Assembly (NCBI GenBank): GCA_965242525.1
Contig: OZ251459.1
Span: 3,584,001-3,648,000 of the forward strand
Source of the DNA: an uncultured Candidatus Binatia bacterium
GTDB lineage: Bacteria > Desulfobacterota > Binatia > UBA9968 > JAJDTQ01
Length of the DNA: 64,000 bases
Direction: 5' to 3'
Under the pieces are notes generated by a model. That model saw only the letters and a list, made by a program, of their open reading frames with translations, searched no databases and was not told the DNA's origin. Below, one piece after another: positions 20,729 to 32,409 of this stretch (position 1 is its first letter; each line of letters starts with the position of its first letter). A program made the position numbers and the translations under genes.

Positions 20729-21769
20729 TCACGCCAGCCGCACCGCGTGGTCCTTGCGGGCGGTGACGTGGCCGACGATGGCCGCGGCGGGGACGTCGTG
20801 TTCCACCAGCGCCCGGACGAGGGCCTCGCCGTCCTTCTCGGCAACGGCGATGAGCAGGCCGCCGGAGGTCTGGGGGTCCAGGGCGACTTCGGCCAGGGCG
20901 TCGGAGACGCCGGCGTCGATGACGGTCTTGTCGTCCAGGTACTCGCGGTTGCGCTTGCAGCCGCCGGTGAGGTTGCCGGTCTCGGCGAGGGCCGCGGCGT
21001 CCCGGATGAGGGGCAGGCGGGCGGCCTCGAAGACGATGCTGACGCTGCCGTCGCCGGTCATCTCCAGGCCGTGCCCCAGCAGGCCGTAGCCGGTGACGTC
21101 GGAGCAGGCGTGGACGTCGTAACCCTGCATCACCGCGGCGGCGTACTTGTTGAGGGCGGCCATGGAGGCCACGGCCTGCTCGATGCTCGCCTCCGACGCG
21201 TTGCCCCTCTTCAGGGCGGTGGTGGCGATGCCGGTCCCCAGGGGCTTGGTGAGGACCAGCACGTCGCCCTCGCGGGCCCCCACGTTGCGGAGTATGCGGT
21301 CGGGGTGGACCACGCCGGTCACCGACAGCCCGTACTTGATCTCCTCGTCGATGATCGAATGGCCGCCCGCGACGACCGCGCCGGACTCCTCGACCTTGTC
21401 CGCGCCGCCGCGCAGCACCTCCCCCAGTATCCCGATGTCCATCTTCCCCCGGGGAAAGCAGACGATGTTCAGGGCGGTGGCCGGCTCGCCGCCCATGGCG
21501 TACACGTCGCTCAGGGAGTTGGCGGCCGCGATCTGGCCGAACATGTACGGGTCGTCCACGATGGGCGTGAAGAAGTCCACGGTGTTGACGATGGCCAGAT
21601 CGGGGCGCAGCCGATAGACGCCGGCGTCGTCGGCCGTCTCGGTGCCCACGAGCAGCTCCGGGGATGTGAACCTGGGTAACTGGCGCAAGACTTGCGCCAG
21701 GTCGGCAGGGCCGAGCTTGGCCGCTCAGCCCGCGGCCTTGACTTCCTGGGTCAGTCGGACGGTTTCCAT
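20729..21769 (-). CDS. selD: Selenophosphate synthetase (selenoprotein, Sec15)
   Basis: AAGGAG RBS, then METVRLTQEVKAAG-UGA(21725-21727)-AAKLGP; DDAGVY, TVDFFTP, NSLSDVYAMGG, DVTGYGLLGH, DPQTSGGLL. Confidence 0.95.
21680..21700 (-). promoter_or_regulatory. Bacterial SECIS-like hairpin
   Basis: CUGGCGCAA-GUC-UUGCGCCAG, 9-bp stem starting 24 nt after the UGA, with G first in the apical loop. Confidence 0.7.
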
Positions 21770-21794
21770 GACGGCTCCTTGGGCGTTCGCGGCT

Positions 21795-23705
21795 TCAACT
21801 CCTCCCCGTCTTGAGCTTCCTCACGTCGCCCACGCGCATGGTGACGCCGGTGCGGTCGAAGTACTCCAGGACGGGGATGGTGTATTTGCGGCTCGACTGC
21901 AGGATGTCCCTGAACGTGGCCGCGCTCATCTCCGGGTGGCTCTCGAAGTAGTCATATAAACTGGCCCTTATCCTGTCAATGGAGTCCTTCAGGTAGTAGA
22001 GCTCCGTGGTCACCCGAACGATCTCCCCCTGCCGTTCCATGACGCGGACCACCTCGTTGAGCCGGGGGCGCTCGACCCCCAGGGCCTTCTCCACCTCCTT
22101 CAGGTAGGGCGGGCTCAGGGGCGTCCTGGCCAACGCCGCGGTGATCTTGCCGGACAGGGACTTCTCCTGCGCGCCGAGCTCCACCCGGTGGTCCGGCAGG
22201 CGCAGGTGGTTGCCGTCCCGGACGCAGGCCCCTTCGGCCGCAAGCAGGTCCGCCAAGTCCCGGAACAGCCGCACCGACACGTTGGCGGCGAGCCTCCCCC
22301 GGACCTCTTCCAGGTCCATTCCCGGGGCCAGGGGATGGCTTCGGTGGAACTCCTCCAGGGTCGAGCGGAGCCGCCGCCCGAAGCCGTTCCACTTGTCTTC
22401 TGTGGTATAGACCCGCTCCCTTTCGGAATCGAAGGAGCGCAGTCCGTCGGTCCGTTCCAGCCAGCCCCGGGTCTCTTCCTGCTTCAGGTCGAGGAACTGG
22501 CTGATGGCGCCGATGCCCGTGGCCAAGCTCGCGGCGCCGTCGAGGAAGCTCCGGATGACCTCCGGCGTGTCCCCTTGGTGCAGCGTCCGCAGCCTCTCCT
22601 CCGCGCCCCTTTCCCTGCGCCGGCGCCGGGGCGCCCGTGGGTCGATCACCAGGCCTCCGCCCAGGGTCTTCTGCGCGGTCTCGTCCCGCACGATGAAATG
22701 GTCCCCCCGCATGACCAGGAGCGGCTCCGTCAGCAGCACTTGGCAATAGGCCGTCTCCTTGGGATCCACCTTCTCCGCGCCGCCCAGGAAGACCACCTTG
22801 CCCATGCGCTCCGCGGTCCCCAGGTGGATGCGCACCCGCTGGTGGTTGCGGAGGCCCTTGGCGGCCGCGGGCCTCACTTCCAGGTGCGCGTCGAACCGGC
22901 TCGACGCCAGGGTGAGGTCCTCATGGCAGATCATGTGGCCGCGCTCCAGGGCGCCCCGGTCCTGGCCGGTCAGGTTCAGGGCCACGCGCTGGCCCCAGCC
23001 CGCGGCCTCCACCGGCTGGCCGTGCACCTGGATGCTGCGCACGCGGAACTTCCGGCCGCCGGGAACCGCGTGGACGCGGTCGCCGGTGCGCACTTGGCCG
23101 GCCAGCGCGGTGCCGGTGACGACCACCCCGTGGCCCTGCAGCACGAACACCCGGTCCACGGGCAGGCGGAAGAAGCCGCTGGGCGCGGCCCGATCGATCC
23201 CCCCCAGGAGCTCGAAGACGCGCGTCCGCACCTGCTCCAGCCCCGCGCCCGAGACCGCGGAGAAGCGCACCACCGGGGAGCCTTCCAGCGCGGTGCCGAA
23301 GGTCAGGATCTCGATCTCCTCCTCCACGTCCCGAACCCGCGCGTCGGACGCCAGATCCACCTTGGTGACGACGAACAGGGCTGACCGGACGCCCAGCAGG
23401 TGTACGATGTCCAGGTGCTCCTCGGTCTGGGGCATGACGCCATCGTCCGCGGCCACGGTGAACAGCACCAGGTCCATGGCGTGGGCCCCGGCCAGCATGT
23501 TGCGGATGAAGCGCTCGTGCCCGGGCACATCGACGATGCCCGCCTCGGAGCCGTCCGGCAGCCCCAGGTGCGCGAACCCCAGGTCGATGGAGATGCCGCG
23601 CTCCTTTTCCTCCTTGAGGCGGTCCGTGTCCGTTCCGGTGAGGGCCTTGATGAGGCTCGTCTTCCCGTGGTCGATGTGTCCCGCGGTGCCGATGACGTAG
23701 GGCAT
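21795..23705 (-). CDS. selB: Selenocysteine-specific elongation factor
   Basis: [33 protein letters not shown]-terminal [13 protein letters not shown]. Confidence 0.96.
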   Translation of the reverse strand: MPYVIGTAGHIDHGKTSLIKALTGTDTDRLKEEKERGISIDLGFAHLGLPDGSEAGIVDVPGHERFIRNMLAGAHAMDLVLFTVAADDGVMPQTEEHLDIVHLLGVRSALFVVTKVDLASDARVRDVEEEIEILTFGTALEGSPVVRFSAVSGAGLEQVRTRVFELLGGIDRAAPSGFFRLPVDRVFVLQGHGVVVTGTALAGQVRTGDRVHAVPGGRKFRVRSIQVHGQPVEAAGWGQRVALNLTGQDRGALERGHMICHEDLTLASSRFDAHLEVRPAAAKGLRNHQRVRIHLGTAERMGKVVFLGGAEKVDPKETAYCQVLLTEPLLVMRGDHFIVRDETAQKTLGGGLVIDPRAPRRRRRERGAEERLRTLHQGDTPEVIRSFLDGAASLATGIGAISQFLDLKQEETRGWLERTDGLRSFDSERERVYTTEDKWNGFGRRLRSTLEEFHRSHPLAPGMDLEEVRGRLAANVSVRLFRDLADLLAAEGACVRDGNHLRLPDHRVELGAQEKSLSGKITAALARTPLSPPYLKEVEKALGVERPRLNEVVRVMERQGEIVRVTTELYYLKDSIDRIRASLYDYFESHPEMSAATFRDILQSSRKYTIPVLEYFDRTGVTMRVGDVRKLKTGRS

Positions 23706-23727
23706 GGCGTTCCCGGCGAGGCGCGGG

Positions 23728-25143
<1,416 letters not shown>

Positions 25144-25350
25144 GGGTGCGGCTGGTTCCGGGATGCTCGAAGCCGCGCCCCCGCGGGCCGGCGCGGCCCA
25201 CCGGACGAGGCCGGAACCTCTTCGAGACGCCGTTCGAGCCCTGCGCCAACCTAGCCTGTCCGCGGGGGAGACGCAAACCTCGCCGCCCCCGGGCGGCGCC
25301 GCATCAGCGCCGGCCCGGGCCGCCCGCCCCGGCAGCCTGCGAACCTTGCC

Positions 25351-26559
25351 GTGAGGAACGCGACAACCACCCCGGAAACGCCGTCCCGGCGTTGGTTCTA
25401 CCTTTGCATCGCCACCTTGGCGCAGACGGCGCTGTCGGTCATCCACCTGGGCGTGCCGACCCTGGTCCCCCTGATCCAGGCGGAGTTGGGCCTGAACCTC
25501 ACCGAGGTGGGCGTCCTCGTTTCCATGAGCAACGTCGGCGTGGTGGCCTCGGTCCTGGTGGCCGGCAGGGCCGCGGACCGTTTCGGCGAACGGCTGGTCA
25601 TCGGCTACGGCGCGGTGGCGGGCGGGGTCCTGGCCATGACGGTCCACTTCGCCGGGAGCTTCGCCGCCCTGCTGGCGGTGTTCCTGCTGCTGGGGGCGCC
25701 GGTGGCCACGGGCACCCCGGCCGGCAGCAAGGCGGTGGCCGGGTGGTTCCCGGACCGGGAGCGGGGAACCGCCATGGGCATCCGGCAGACGGGGATCCCC
25801 CTGGGCGGCGCCCTCGCGGCCCTCACGCTGCCGTCCCTGGGACTGGCCTTCGGCTGGCGCTGGGCGCTTTTCGCCGCGGGGGCGGTCACCGTGTGCACGG
25901 GGGCGGTGGTGCTGCTCTGCTACCGGGAGCCGGAGCAGCGCCGGGCCAGCGCCGCGGCCCCGGCGGGCGGGCTCGGGGACATCGTCCGACGCAAGGACAT
26001 CTGGGCCGTGACCTTCTACGCCGCCGTCCTTGCCGGTTGCCAGTGGTGCTACGTGAGCTACATCGAGCTCTACCTCACCGAGGACATCCTCTTTTCCCTG
26101 GTCTTTGCCGCGGCCCTCCTGGCGGCGGGCCAGGTCTGCGGCGGGGCCGGCAGGATCGGGTTCGGCGTGGTGAGCGACCGGCTCTTCCTGGGGCGGCGCA
26201 AGCCTGTCATGGTGATGTTGGGCCTTCTCGCCATCGGCATGGGCCTGGCCACAGCCTTCCTGTCCGCGGCCACGCCCGCGTGGCTGGTGACCGTGGTGGT
26301 GTCGCTGCTCGGTCTCGGGGTCATGAGCTGGCAGGGGCTGTACCTCGCCCTGATCTCCAAGATCGTGGGGACCCGTGTGGCCGGCGTCGCCATCGGCCTG
26401 ACCAATACCGTGGCGTTCCTCGGCGTCGTCGTGCTGCCGCCGGTCTTCGGCTTCATCGCCGACTGGTCCGAGTCCTACGAAACGGCATGGATGGCCGTGT
26501 CCGCGGCCATCGCCCTGCCCCTGTTGTTCCTGTCCGGGGTGAAGGAATCGCGCCCGTGA
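25351..26559 (+). CDS. MFS transporter
   Basis: About 12 hydrophobic segments; GRAADRFGER, WFPDRERGTAMG. Confidence 0.88.
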   Translation: MRNATTTPETPSRRWFYLCIATLAQTALSVIHLGVPTLVPLIQAELGLNLTEVGVLVSMSNVGVVASVLVAGRAADRFGERLVIGYGAVAGGVLAMTVHFAGSFAALLAVFLLLGAPVATGTPAGSKAVAGWFPDRERGTAMGIRQTGIPLGGALAALTLPSLGLAFGWRWALFAAGAVTVCTGAVVLLCYREPEQRRASAAAPAGGLGDIVRRKDIWAVTFYAAVLAGCQWCYVSYIELYLTEDILFSLVFAAALLAAGQVCGGAGRIGFGVVSDRLFLGRRKPVMVMLGLLAIGMGLATAFLSAATPAWLVTVVVSLLGLGVMSWQGLYLALISKIVGTRVAGVAIGLTNTVAFLGVVVLPPVFGFIADWSESYETAWMAVSAAIALPLLFLSGVKESRP

Positions 26560-26682
26560 GGCCGGACCGGGGCCGCGGCTCCCCTGCCTCCGGCGGCCCT
26601 GCGAGGGGGACCCACCGGGGCCGCGGTGCGCGCCCCTCGACCCAGGCACGGTCCTGAACCGGAAAAACTGGTTGCCAATCAT

Positions 26683-26777
26683 CCTGAAAACTGGAAAGAT
26701 TCCTGTCCAGTTTCAGGGGAAATCGGTTATAATCCCGACCGGATCAGCACCATGCTCGAATCACTGAAGGAAATCAT
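26683..26777 (+). pseudogene. Orphan promoter and 5' gene stub (MLESLKEI) cut by a family A element
   Basis: Inverted repeat CCTGAAAACTGGA/TCCAGTTTCAGG; TATAAT at 26728-26733; ATG at 26752; frame runs into the element end at 26778. Confidence 0.4.
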
Positions 26778-27211
26778 GGCTCTTCAGGAATTCGTGTGGG
26801 TAAGGTAGGAGCGAAAGGGATCACGCTGCCGTTGCTCCACGGACGCCTACTCCGTCATTCCCGCGAAAGCGGGAATCCATCCAGTTTCATCGCTCTCTTT
26901 GTACAAACCTCTCCAGGTTGGATGACCCTTCTCGATCCACTCGATCTTCCTTGCCCGATGCCATTTCCTGACCGCCTTTCCTCTCTGGATAGCGCTTTCC
27001 ATGTGTTCAGGAACCTCGTATCCAATCAACCTGTGCACAGTGGCAGGGTGCCCTGGGGTTGAGTCGGAAGGATGGATTCCCGCTTTCGCGGGAATGACGG
27101 GGTGGGGCGTTTGCGACGCCAAACCGAGGACTTCAGGGTCGGAATGGGAGGAAAGCGGACTTCATCGCATGCGTGGGGAGTGTCACAACCCACTCAAAAG
27201 CAGGAAGATCC
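26778..27211 (-). mobile_element. Full family A element: terminal repeats and inverted REPs around a GIY-YIG C-terminal fragment
   Basis: GGCTCTTCAGGAATTCGTGTGGG ... CCCACTCAAAAGCAGGAAGATCC; fragment VHRLIGYEVPEHMESAIQRGKAVRKWHRARKIEWIEKGHPTWRGLY. Confidence 0.82.
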
Positions 27212-27239
27212 ACATTATTCGAGACGCCGGTCGCCACCT

Positions 27240-28349
27240 TCAAGCGGCTGCCGCGGACAGCCGCGCGTAGCGTCGGCGGTGGTGGGCGGCGTTGCCGTAC
27301 TGGGCCGAGAGGACCATGGCGCGGCGGAGGTAGAGGCTGGCGTCGTACTCGTCGGTGAAGCCGATGGCGCCGTGCATCTGCACCATGGATTTGGTCACCG
27401 AGAGCGCCGCGTCCGAGGCGCGGGCCTTCACCGCGGCCGCCATGGCGTGGTTGCCGCGTCCCTGGTCCAGCGCGGCGCACACTTGATAGAGCAGGGAGCG
27501 AGTGAGCTCGATGTCCACGTGGTCGTTGACCGCCCGGTGTTGCAGGGCCTGGAAGGAGCCGATGGGGCGGCCGAACTGCTCGCGCGTCCCCAGGTAGTCC
27601 ACGGCCAGGGCCAAGCCCCGCTCCATCACCCCCAGCATCTCGGCCGAGGTCCCCAGCAGGAGCCGGTCCAGGGCCGCGGCGGCGAGGGCGGCTCCCCGCG
27701 CACCGTCCGCGATCACCTGGTCCGCGGAGGTCACCACGTCCGCCAGGGTCAGTGCGGCCTGGTCGGTTCCGTCCACCCGCGTCCGTCCCTCCAACTCCAG
27801 TCCCGGGGCGGAGCGCGGCACGAGGCAGACCACGACGCCATCCCGTGCGCGGGCGTCCACCACGAAGCCGTGGGCCGCGGGCGCTCCGGGGACCGCGCCT
27901 GTGCGTCCGGTCAACCGGAAGCCCCGGCCCGCGGGCGCGGCGGCCACGGGCGGGCTTTCCGGCCCCGCGGCCACCGGGTCGTGCAGCGCGGGCAGGATGA
28001 CGGAGCGGCCCGCGGTCAACTGGTCCAGGGCTGACTCCAGGCTCGCGGGTCCCGCGGCCAGGACCGCGGCCGAGGCCATCATGGCGGTGACGGGCTCGGT
28101 CATGAGACCCCGGCCCGCGGCTTCCAGCACCAGCGCCGCCTCGGTGGCTCCCAGTCCCAGGCCGTTGCGCTCTTCCGGCGCCAGCAGGGAGAGCCAGCCG
28201 GCCTCGGCCACTACCGCGAGGCGCGCCGGGTCGAAGCCGTGCTCCCGGGTGCGCACGGCCCGGTGCCGGGCCGGGCCTGCGTGCCGGCCGACCAGCTTCT
28301 CCGCGCTCTCCCGAAGGATCGTCTGCGCCTCATCGAGAACGAGTTCCAT
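27240..28349 (-). CDS. Acyl-CoA dehydrogenase family protein
   Basis: REQFGRPIGSFQALQHR, QMHGAIGFTDEY. Confidence 0.88.
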   Translation of the reverse strand: MELVLDEAQTILRESAEKLVGRHAGPARHRAVRTREHGFDPARLAVVAEAGWLSLLAPEERNGLGLGATEAALVLEAAGRGLMTEPVTAMMASAAVLAAGPASLESALDQLTAGRSVILPALHDPVAAGPESPPVAAAPAGRGFRLTGRTGAVPGAPAAHGFVVDARARDGVVVCLVPRSAPGLELEGRTRVDGTDQAALTLADVVTSADQVIADGARGAALAAAALDRLLLGTSAEMLGVMERGLALAVDYLGTREQFGRPIGSFQALQHRAVNDHVDIELTRSLLYQVCAALDQGRGNHAMAAAVKARASDAALSVTKSMVQMHGAIGFTDEYDASLYLRRAMVLSAQYGNAAHHRRRYARLSAAAA

Positions 28350-28439
28350 GTGTTGACCTTTCACCTCTCTCGCGCCGCCCGTCCGGAGGCGCCGCTTGCG
28401 CCGGCAACGACGGTCCGGGGTCCTTCCGGGGAGACTTTG

Positions 28440-28472
28440 GGAAGGTCTGAGCAATTCCGGCTTGGATTCCCT
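28440..28472 (+). repeat. Solo family B end remnant
   Basis: GGAAGGTCTGAGCAATTCCGGCTTGGA matches the end at 11391. Confidence 0.5.
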
Positions 28473-28485
28473 GTCCCTGCGTTCC

Positions 28486-30669
28486 CTAACGCGGTGACGC
28501 GGCCACTGCCAGGGCGTCCAGGGCGAGACCGCCTTCTCCCCGGGGGAGGGCCAGGAAGGGGTTGACGTCCAGGCTCTCGATCACGTCTCCGGCCGCGGCC
28601 GCCAACCGGCCCACCGCCACCAGTGCATCGACCACCGCGTCGCGGTCGTAGGGGCCGCTGCCGCGATACCCGTCCAGCAACCGCCCGACCCGGGTCGAGT
28701 CGATGAGCCGGACGGCTTGCTCGCGCCGGATCCCCGGCGGCCCGAAGGCCACGTCCTGCATGAGTTCCAGCCACACCCCGCCCGTGCCGAACATCACCAC
28801 CGGACCCATCTCGGGGTCGCGCTGCACGCCCAGCGCCAACTCCAGTCCGGCCGGGGCCATCCCGGCCACCAGCCAGCCTTCCAGGCGGATGTCCGGGTCG
28901 TAGGCGGCGACGTTGCGCGCGATGTCCCGACATGCCCGCTGCACGGCTTCGGCGTCCCCGACCCCTACGCGGACCGCGCCGGCGTCGCTCTTGTGCGTCA
29001 GCGCGGACGCCACCCCCTTGACCGCCACCGGATAGCCGATGCGCTCGGCCAGGGCCAACGCCTCGTCCTCGGTGCGCGCAAGCCCCTCCTCGGGCACGGG
29101 GACGCCGAAGGCCCGAATCAGTTCCTTGGACTCGGGCTCGCTCAGGGGAACGGCCTGCGGCATGCCTTTCACCCGCCGCCGCAGTTCTTCGAGGCGCTCC
29201 GTGCAGGAGGACGGGAGGGGCGGCGCCGGGTCCCCCTGGGCGTCCCGGGAGCGGGTGCGGTAGTCCAGCACCGCACGGACGGCGCGGAACGCCCGCTCGG
29301 GCTCGTTGAGGCAGGGGACGTGCGGAAAGCGCCGCCGGGCCGCGCGGCTGAACTCCGTGAGGTCGTAGGACGTGGGAGAGACCAGGGCGAACGGTTTCCG
29401 GCCGGGTCCGAGGAGCCTGGCGTCCACCGCCTCCAGGGTGTCCAGCACGCGTGCGGTGCGGCGGCGGTTGGCGTCGTTCAGGCCCTCGTGGGGAGGCAGG
29501 TCTTCCTGGAACACCATCAGGTCCACCCCGGGGTCGTCACGGACCACCTGCACCAACTCCAACACCGTTTCCAGGGGACGGTTGAGGAAGCCGGCCGCGT
29601 CCAGGGGGTTGCTGACGGGCTGCCCGTCCCCCAGGATCTCGCGGATCCGGGCGCCCGTCTCCGGCGCAAATTCGGGGAGGGGCACACGGTGGCGGGCGGC
29701 TGCGTCCTCCACCAGGCCGCGGACCCCGCCGGAATAGACCAGTGCGCCGACGCGCTCCCCTCGGGGAACGCTCGCGTGCAGCAGCCACTCGATGACGTCC
29801 ACCGCGCGGTCGGCGCTCTCCACCCGGATGACGCCGGCCGGGCCGGTGGCCGCGTCGAAGGCTTCCACCCGGCCGGCCAGGGATCCGGTGTGGGACAGGG
29901 CGGCGCGGCGTCCGCCCTCGGACGTCCCCATCTTGAGCACCACCACGGGCTTGCCGGCGTCCCGCGCCCGGCGGCAGGCGGCGAGGAAGTCGTCCGCCCG
30001 GCGCACCGCCTCCACGAGGCAGAAGACGAGCCGGACATCCGGGTCGGTGACGAAGTAGTCGATGTAGTCCGCGGCGACGAGGCCGGTCTCGTTGCCGCTG
30101 GTCACCACGTAGCCCACGTCCATGCCCCGGTCCAGGAGGGCCCGCGCGATGTTCGGAGTGGTGGTGCCGCTCTGTCCCACCATGGCCACGGGACCGGGCG
30201 TGAGCTCCCGCACCCGGTCGTCCGGCAGGGTCAGGAGGCGCGCCCGCGCCGAGAGGTTGCCGAGGCAGTTGGGGCCGGAGACCGCGAGGCCGGTCTCCTC
30301 GATGGCGGCGCGCAACTCCGCTTCGAGCCGCCGGCCCTCCGGATTGGCGCTCTCGGAGAAACCCGCGGCGTAGAGGGTGGCGCTGCGGGCGCCCAGGGCC
30401 GCGGCCTCCCGGAGGATGGCCGGGACGCTGGCCGCGGCGCGCATCACCACCAGATGGTCGGGGACCGTGGGGAGGGCGCGCAGGTCCGGGAAGCACTCCA
30501 CGTCCCATATGCGCGCGTGGTTCGGGTTCACCGGATAGACGGGGCCGGCGAAGCCGAAGCGGACCAGGTTGGCGAAGATGCGCGCGGTCCAGCCCGACGG
30601 GTTCTCCCGCGCGCCAAGGATGGCGACGCTCGCGGGATGGAGCAGGGCGGCTACCTTTTCCGTGTTCAT
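28486..30669 (-). CDS. Acetate--CoA ligase (ADP-forming) family protein
   Basis: YPVNP, GPNCLG, QSG, SGNE, SHTGSLAG, NPLD, HKSDAG, DVNP. Confidence 0.9.
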   Translation of the reverse strand: MNTEKVAALLHPASVAILGARENPSGWTARIFANLVRFGFAGPVYPVNPNHARIWDVECFPDLRALPTVPDHLVVMRAAASVPAILREAAALGARSATLYAAGFSESANPEGRRLEAELRAAIEETGLAVSGPNCLGNLSARARLLTLPDDRVRELTPGPVAMVGQSGTTTPNIARALLDRGMDVGYVVTSGNETGLVAADYIDYFVTDPDVRLVFCLVEAVRRADDFLAACRRARDAGKPVVVLKMGTSEGGRRAALSHTGSLAGRVEAFDAATGPAGVIRVESADRAVDVIEWLLHASVPRGERVGALVYSGGVRGLVEDAAARHRVPLPEFAPETGARIREILGDGQPVSNPLDAAGFLNRPLETVLELVQVVRDDPGVDLMVFQEDLPPHEGLNDANRRRTARVLDTLEAVDARLLGPGRKPFALVSPTSYDLTEFSRAARRRFPHVPCLNEPERAFRAVRAVLDYRTRSRDAQGDPAPPLPSSCTERLEELRRRVKGMPQAVPLSEPESKELIRAFGVPVPEEGLARTEDEALALAERIGYPVAVKGVASALTHKSDAGAVRVGVGDAEAVQRACRDIARNVAAYDPDIRLEGWLVAGMAPAGLELALGVQRDPEMGPVVMFGTGGVWLELMQDVAFGPPGIRREQAVRLIDSTRVGRLLDGYRGSGPYDRDAVVDALVAVGRLAAAAGDVIESLDVNPFLALPRGEGGLALDALAVAASPR

Positions 30670-30721
30670 GGGACCGGCGGAAGTATATTCCACGGCTCCC
30701 GGACATGGCAACTTTCATCCC

Positions 30722-30760
30722 CCGTTCGTCCTGAGCGTAGCGAAGCGAAGTCGAAGGACG
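30722..30760 (-). repeat. Family B core palindrome
   Basis: CCGTTCGTCCTGAGCGTAGCGAAGCGAAGTCGAAGGACG. Confidence 0.85.
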
Positions 30761-30784
30761 CCCCTTCCCATAGGCAGAACGGTC

Positions 30785-32215
30785 TCAAGCCGGATTCGAC
30801 CGGACGTTCCCATGGAGTATCCGCGGCAGGCGTTCGACCAGGTACAGCGGCAGCGACAGCAGCGGATACCGCACCTGCTCGGAACCGCGGCCGCGCCGAA
30901 CCCGGGTGTCCACCGTTTGCAGCGACGGAGGGTTGACGTCGAAACGGACGGCCAGGGGCACGCGCTTCTCGGCCACGAACTGGTGCAGGGACTTCAAGGA
31001 GCCGGCGCGTCCGGCCTTCACCTCCATGGGCACGATATGGCCGCCGAACTCCGCCACGTAGTCCACCTCGGCGTTGTTCGACCGGCCCTCGCGGAGCCAG
31101 TAGGTGAGTTCGCGGTTCGGTCGTTGGGCGAGCAGGTATTGCAGGTGCTGGCCGATGAACTGCTCGGCGCCGGAGCCGGCGTTGACGAGGTCCGTGTCGG
31201 GCCGCGACGCCATGCTCTCCCAGCCGAGGCCGCAGACGGCGTTCATCAGGCCCACGTCGAGGAAGACCAGCTTGAAGACGTTGTCCTTGGCGTCGGCCTG
31301 GAGCGGCAGACCCGAGCAATGGCTGTGGGTCACCTTGGCGATGACCCGGGCCATGGCCAGGATCTCCACGTCCCGGCGGATGGTGGCGCTCTGCTCGTCG
31401 GGCGAGACGTTGCTGTACTTCACCTTGCAACCCGCCTGGCGCGCGGCGAAGTTGAACACGCGCAGCATCCGGGTGAGGTCGCGGCGGGCGGCGTACTTGG
31501 GGAAGTCGTCGCGATACGTTTCGAGGATGCCGGCGTGGACGGCGCTGACGGCTCGCAGGCTGGCGGACTCGGCATACACGCTGACGGCCTCCGGCATGCC
31601 GCCCACGAACTGGTAGAGGCGCAGGGATTCGAGCAGCCGGCGGTGGACCAGGGGGTCGATAGGGGGCGCTCCGCGGCCGGACGGCCACTCGAAACCCTCG
31701 ACCTCGCCGGCGAGGCGGTCCTTGCCGGTGGCCTTGAGGAACTCGGTGAACGTCATCGGCCCCATGTTCAGGTACTCCACCCGTCCCACCGGCATGGGGA
31801 AGGCCTGCTCGGCCAGCGCGAACTCCGTCAGGGAGCCCGCGGCGATGACGGGACGATCGGGCGTTTCCTCCAGAAAATAGCGGAGCGAAGCAAGGGCGCG
31901 GGGCGCGGCTTGTATCTCGTCGATGAACAGCACCCCGCGGGGCGGCAGCGGCGCGTTCGTCACCGCCTCGACCAGGTTGAGCAGCGCAGCCGGGTCCGTG
32001 CCGACCCGGCCGAACGCTTCCGCCAAATCGGGATGCCGTTCCAGGTTCACGGCCACGAGTTCCCTGCCGGCGGCCTCGCAGAACAGTTCCACCAGAGTGG
32101 ATTTGCCCACTTGCCGCGCGCCGCGAACGACCAGCGGCTTGCGCCGGGGGCTGCGCAGCCAGTCCTGCAAGGCGTGTAGCTGATGGCGGTGCACGACCTG
32201 AGAGTAGCCGTTCAC
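30785..32215 (-). CDS. AAA+ ATPase (AAA_14) with DUF4143 / PD-(D/E)XK-like C-terminus
   Basis: RGARQVGKS, FIDEIQ, AAGS, VGGMPE, DVGL, EVDYV...PMEVKAG; start may be the GTG near 32192. Confidence 0.88.
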   Translation of the reverse strand: MNGYSQVVHRHQLHALQDWLRSPRRKPLVVRGARQVGKSTLVELFCEAAGRELVAVNLERHPDLAEAFGRVGTDPAALLNLVEAVTNAPLPPRGVLFIDEIQAAPRALASLRYFLEETPDRPVIAAGSLTEFALAEQAFPMPVGRVEYLNMGPMTFTEFLKATGKDRLAGEVEGFEWPSGRGAPPIDPLVHRRLLESLRLYQFVGGMPEAVSVYAESASLRAVSAVHAGILETYRDDFPKYAARRDLTRMLRVFNFAARQAGCKVKYSNVSPDEQSATIRRDVEILAMARVIAKVTHSHCSGLPLQADAKDNVFKLVFLDVGLMNAVCGLGWESMASRPDTDLVNAGSGAEQFIGQHLQYLLAQRPNRELTYWLREGRSNNAEVDYVAEFGGHIVPMEVKAGRAGSLKSLHQFVAEKRVPLAVRFDVNPPSLQTVDTRVRRGRGSEQVRYPLLSLPLYLVERLPRILHGNVRSNPA

Positions 32216-32409
32216 ACCCGTTAAATCAACATGTGTTTATGATTTTATGGGTATGTTTTGGGCTTGTCATCATCAAGGAGACCCTGTTCGATGAGGATGT
32301 CGAAGGGGATTCCCTCACCCGAACCCCTTCCGAAGGGAAAGCGGTTTGTGCCCGGACGGGATCCTGGCCTCGCACCCCGAGGCCCCGTCTGCTACAACGG
32401 GTGCGTTTC

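Noticed and set aside
20729-21769. selD as a nonsense pseudogene or short 319-aa gene
   Set aside because: The UGA lies at the catalytic Sec position with a downstream hairpin, and selA/selB are adjacent
25144-25350. tRNA-Sec (selC) next to selA
   Set aside because: No cloverleaf, UCA anticodon arm or convincing T-loop with acceptor stem could be found by eye
26847-27122. Functional 91-aa protein (likewise 42696-42929)
   Set aside because: Both ends are translated REP sequence and the GIY-YIG catalytic half is missing; treated as part of a non-coding element
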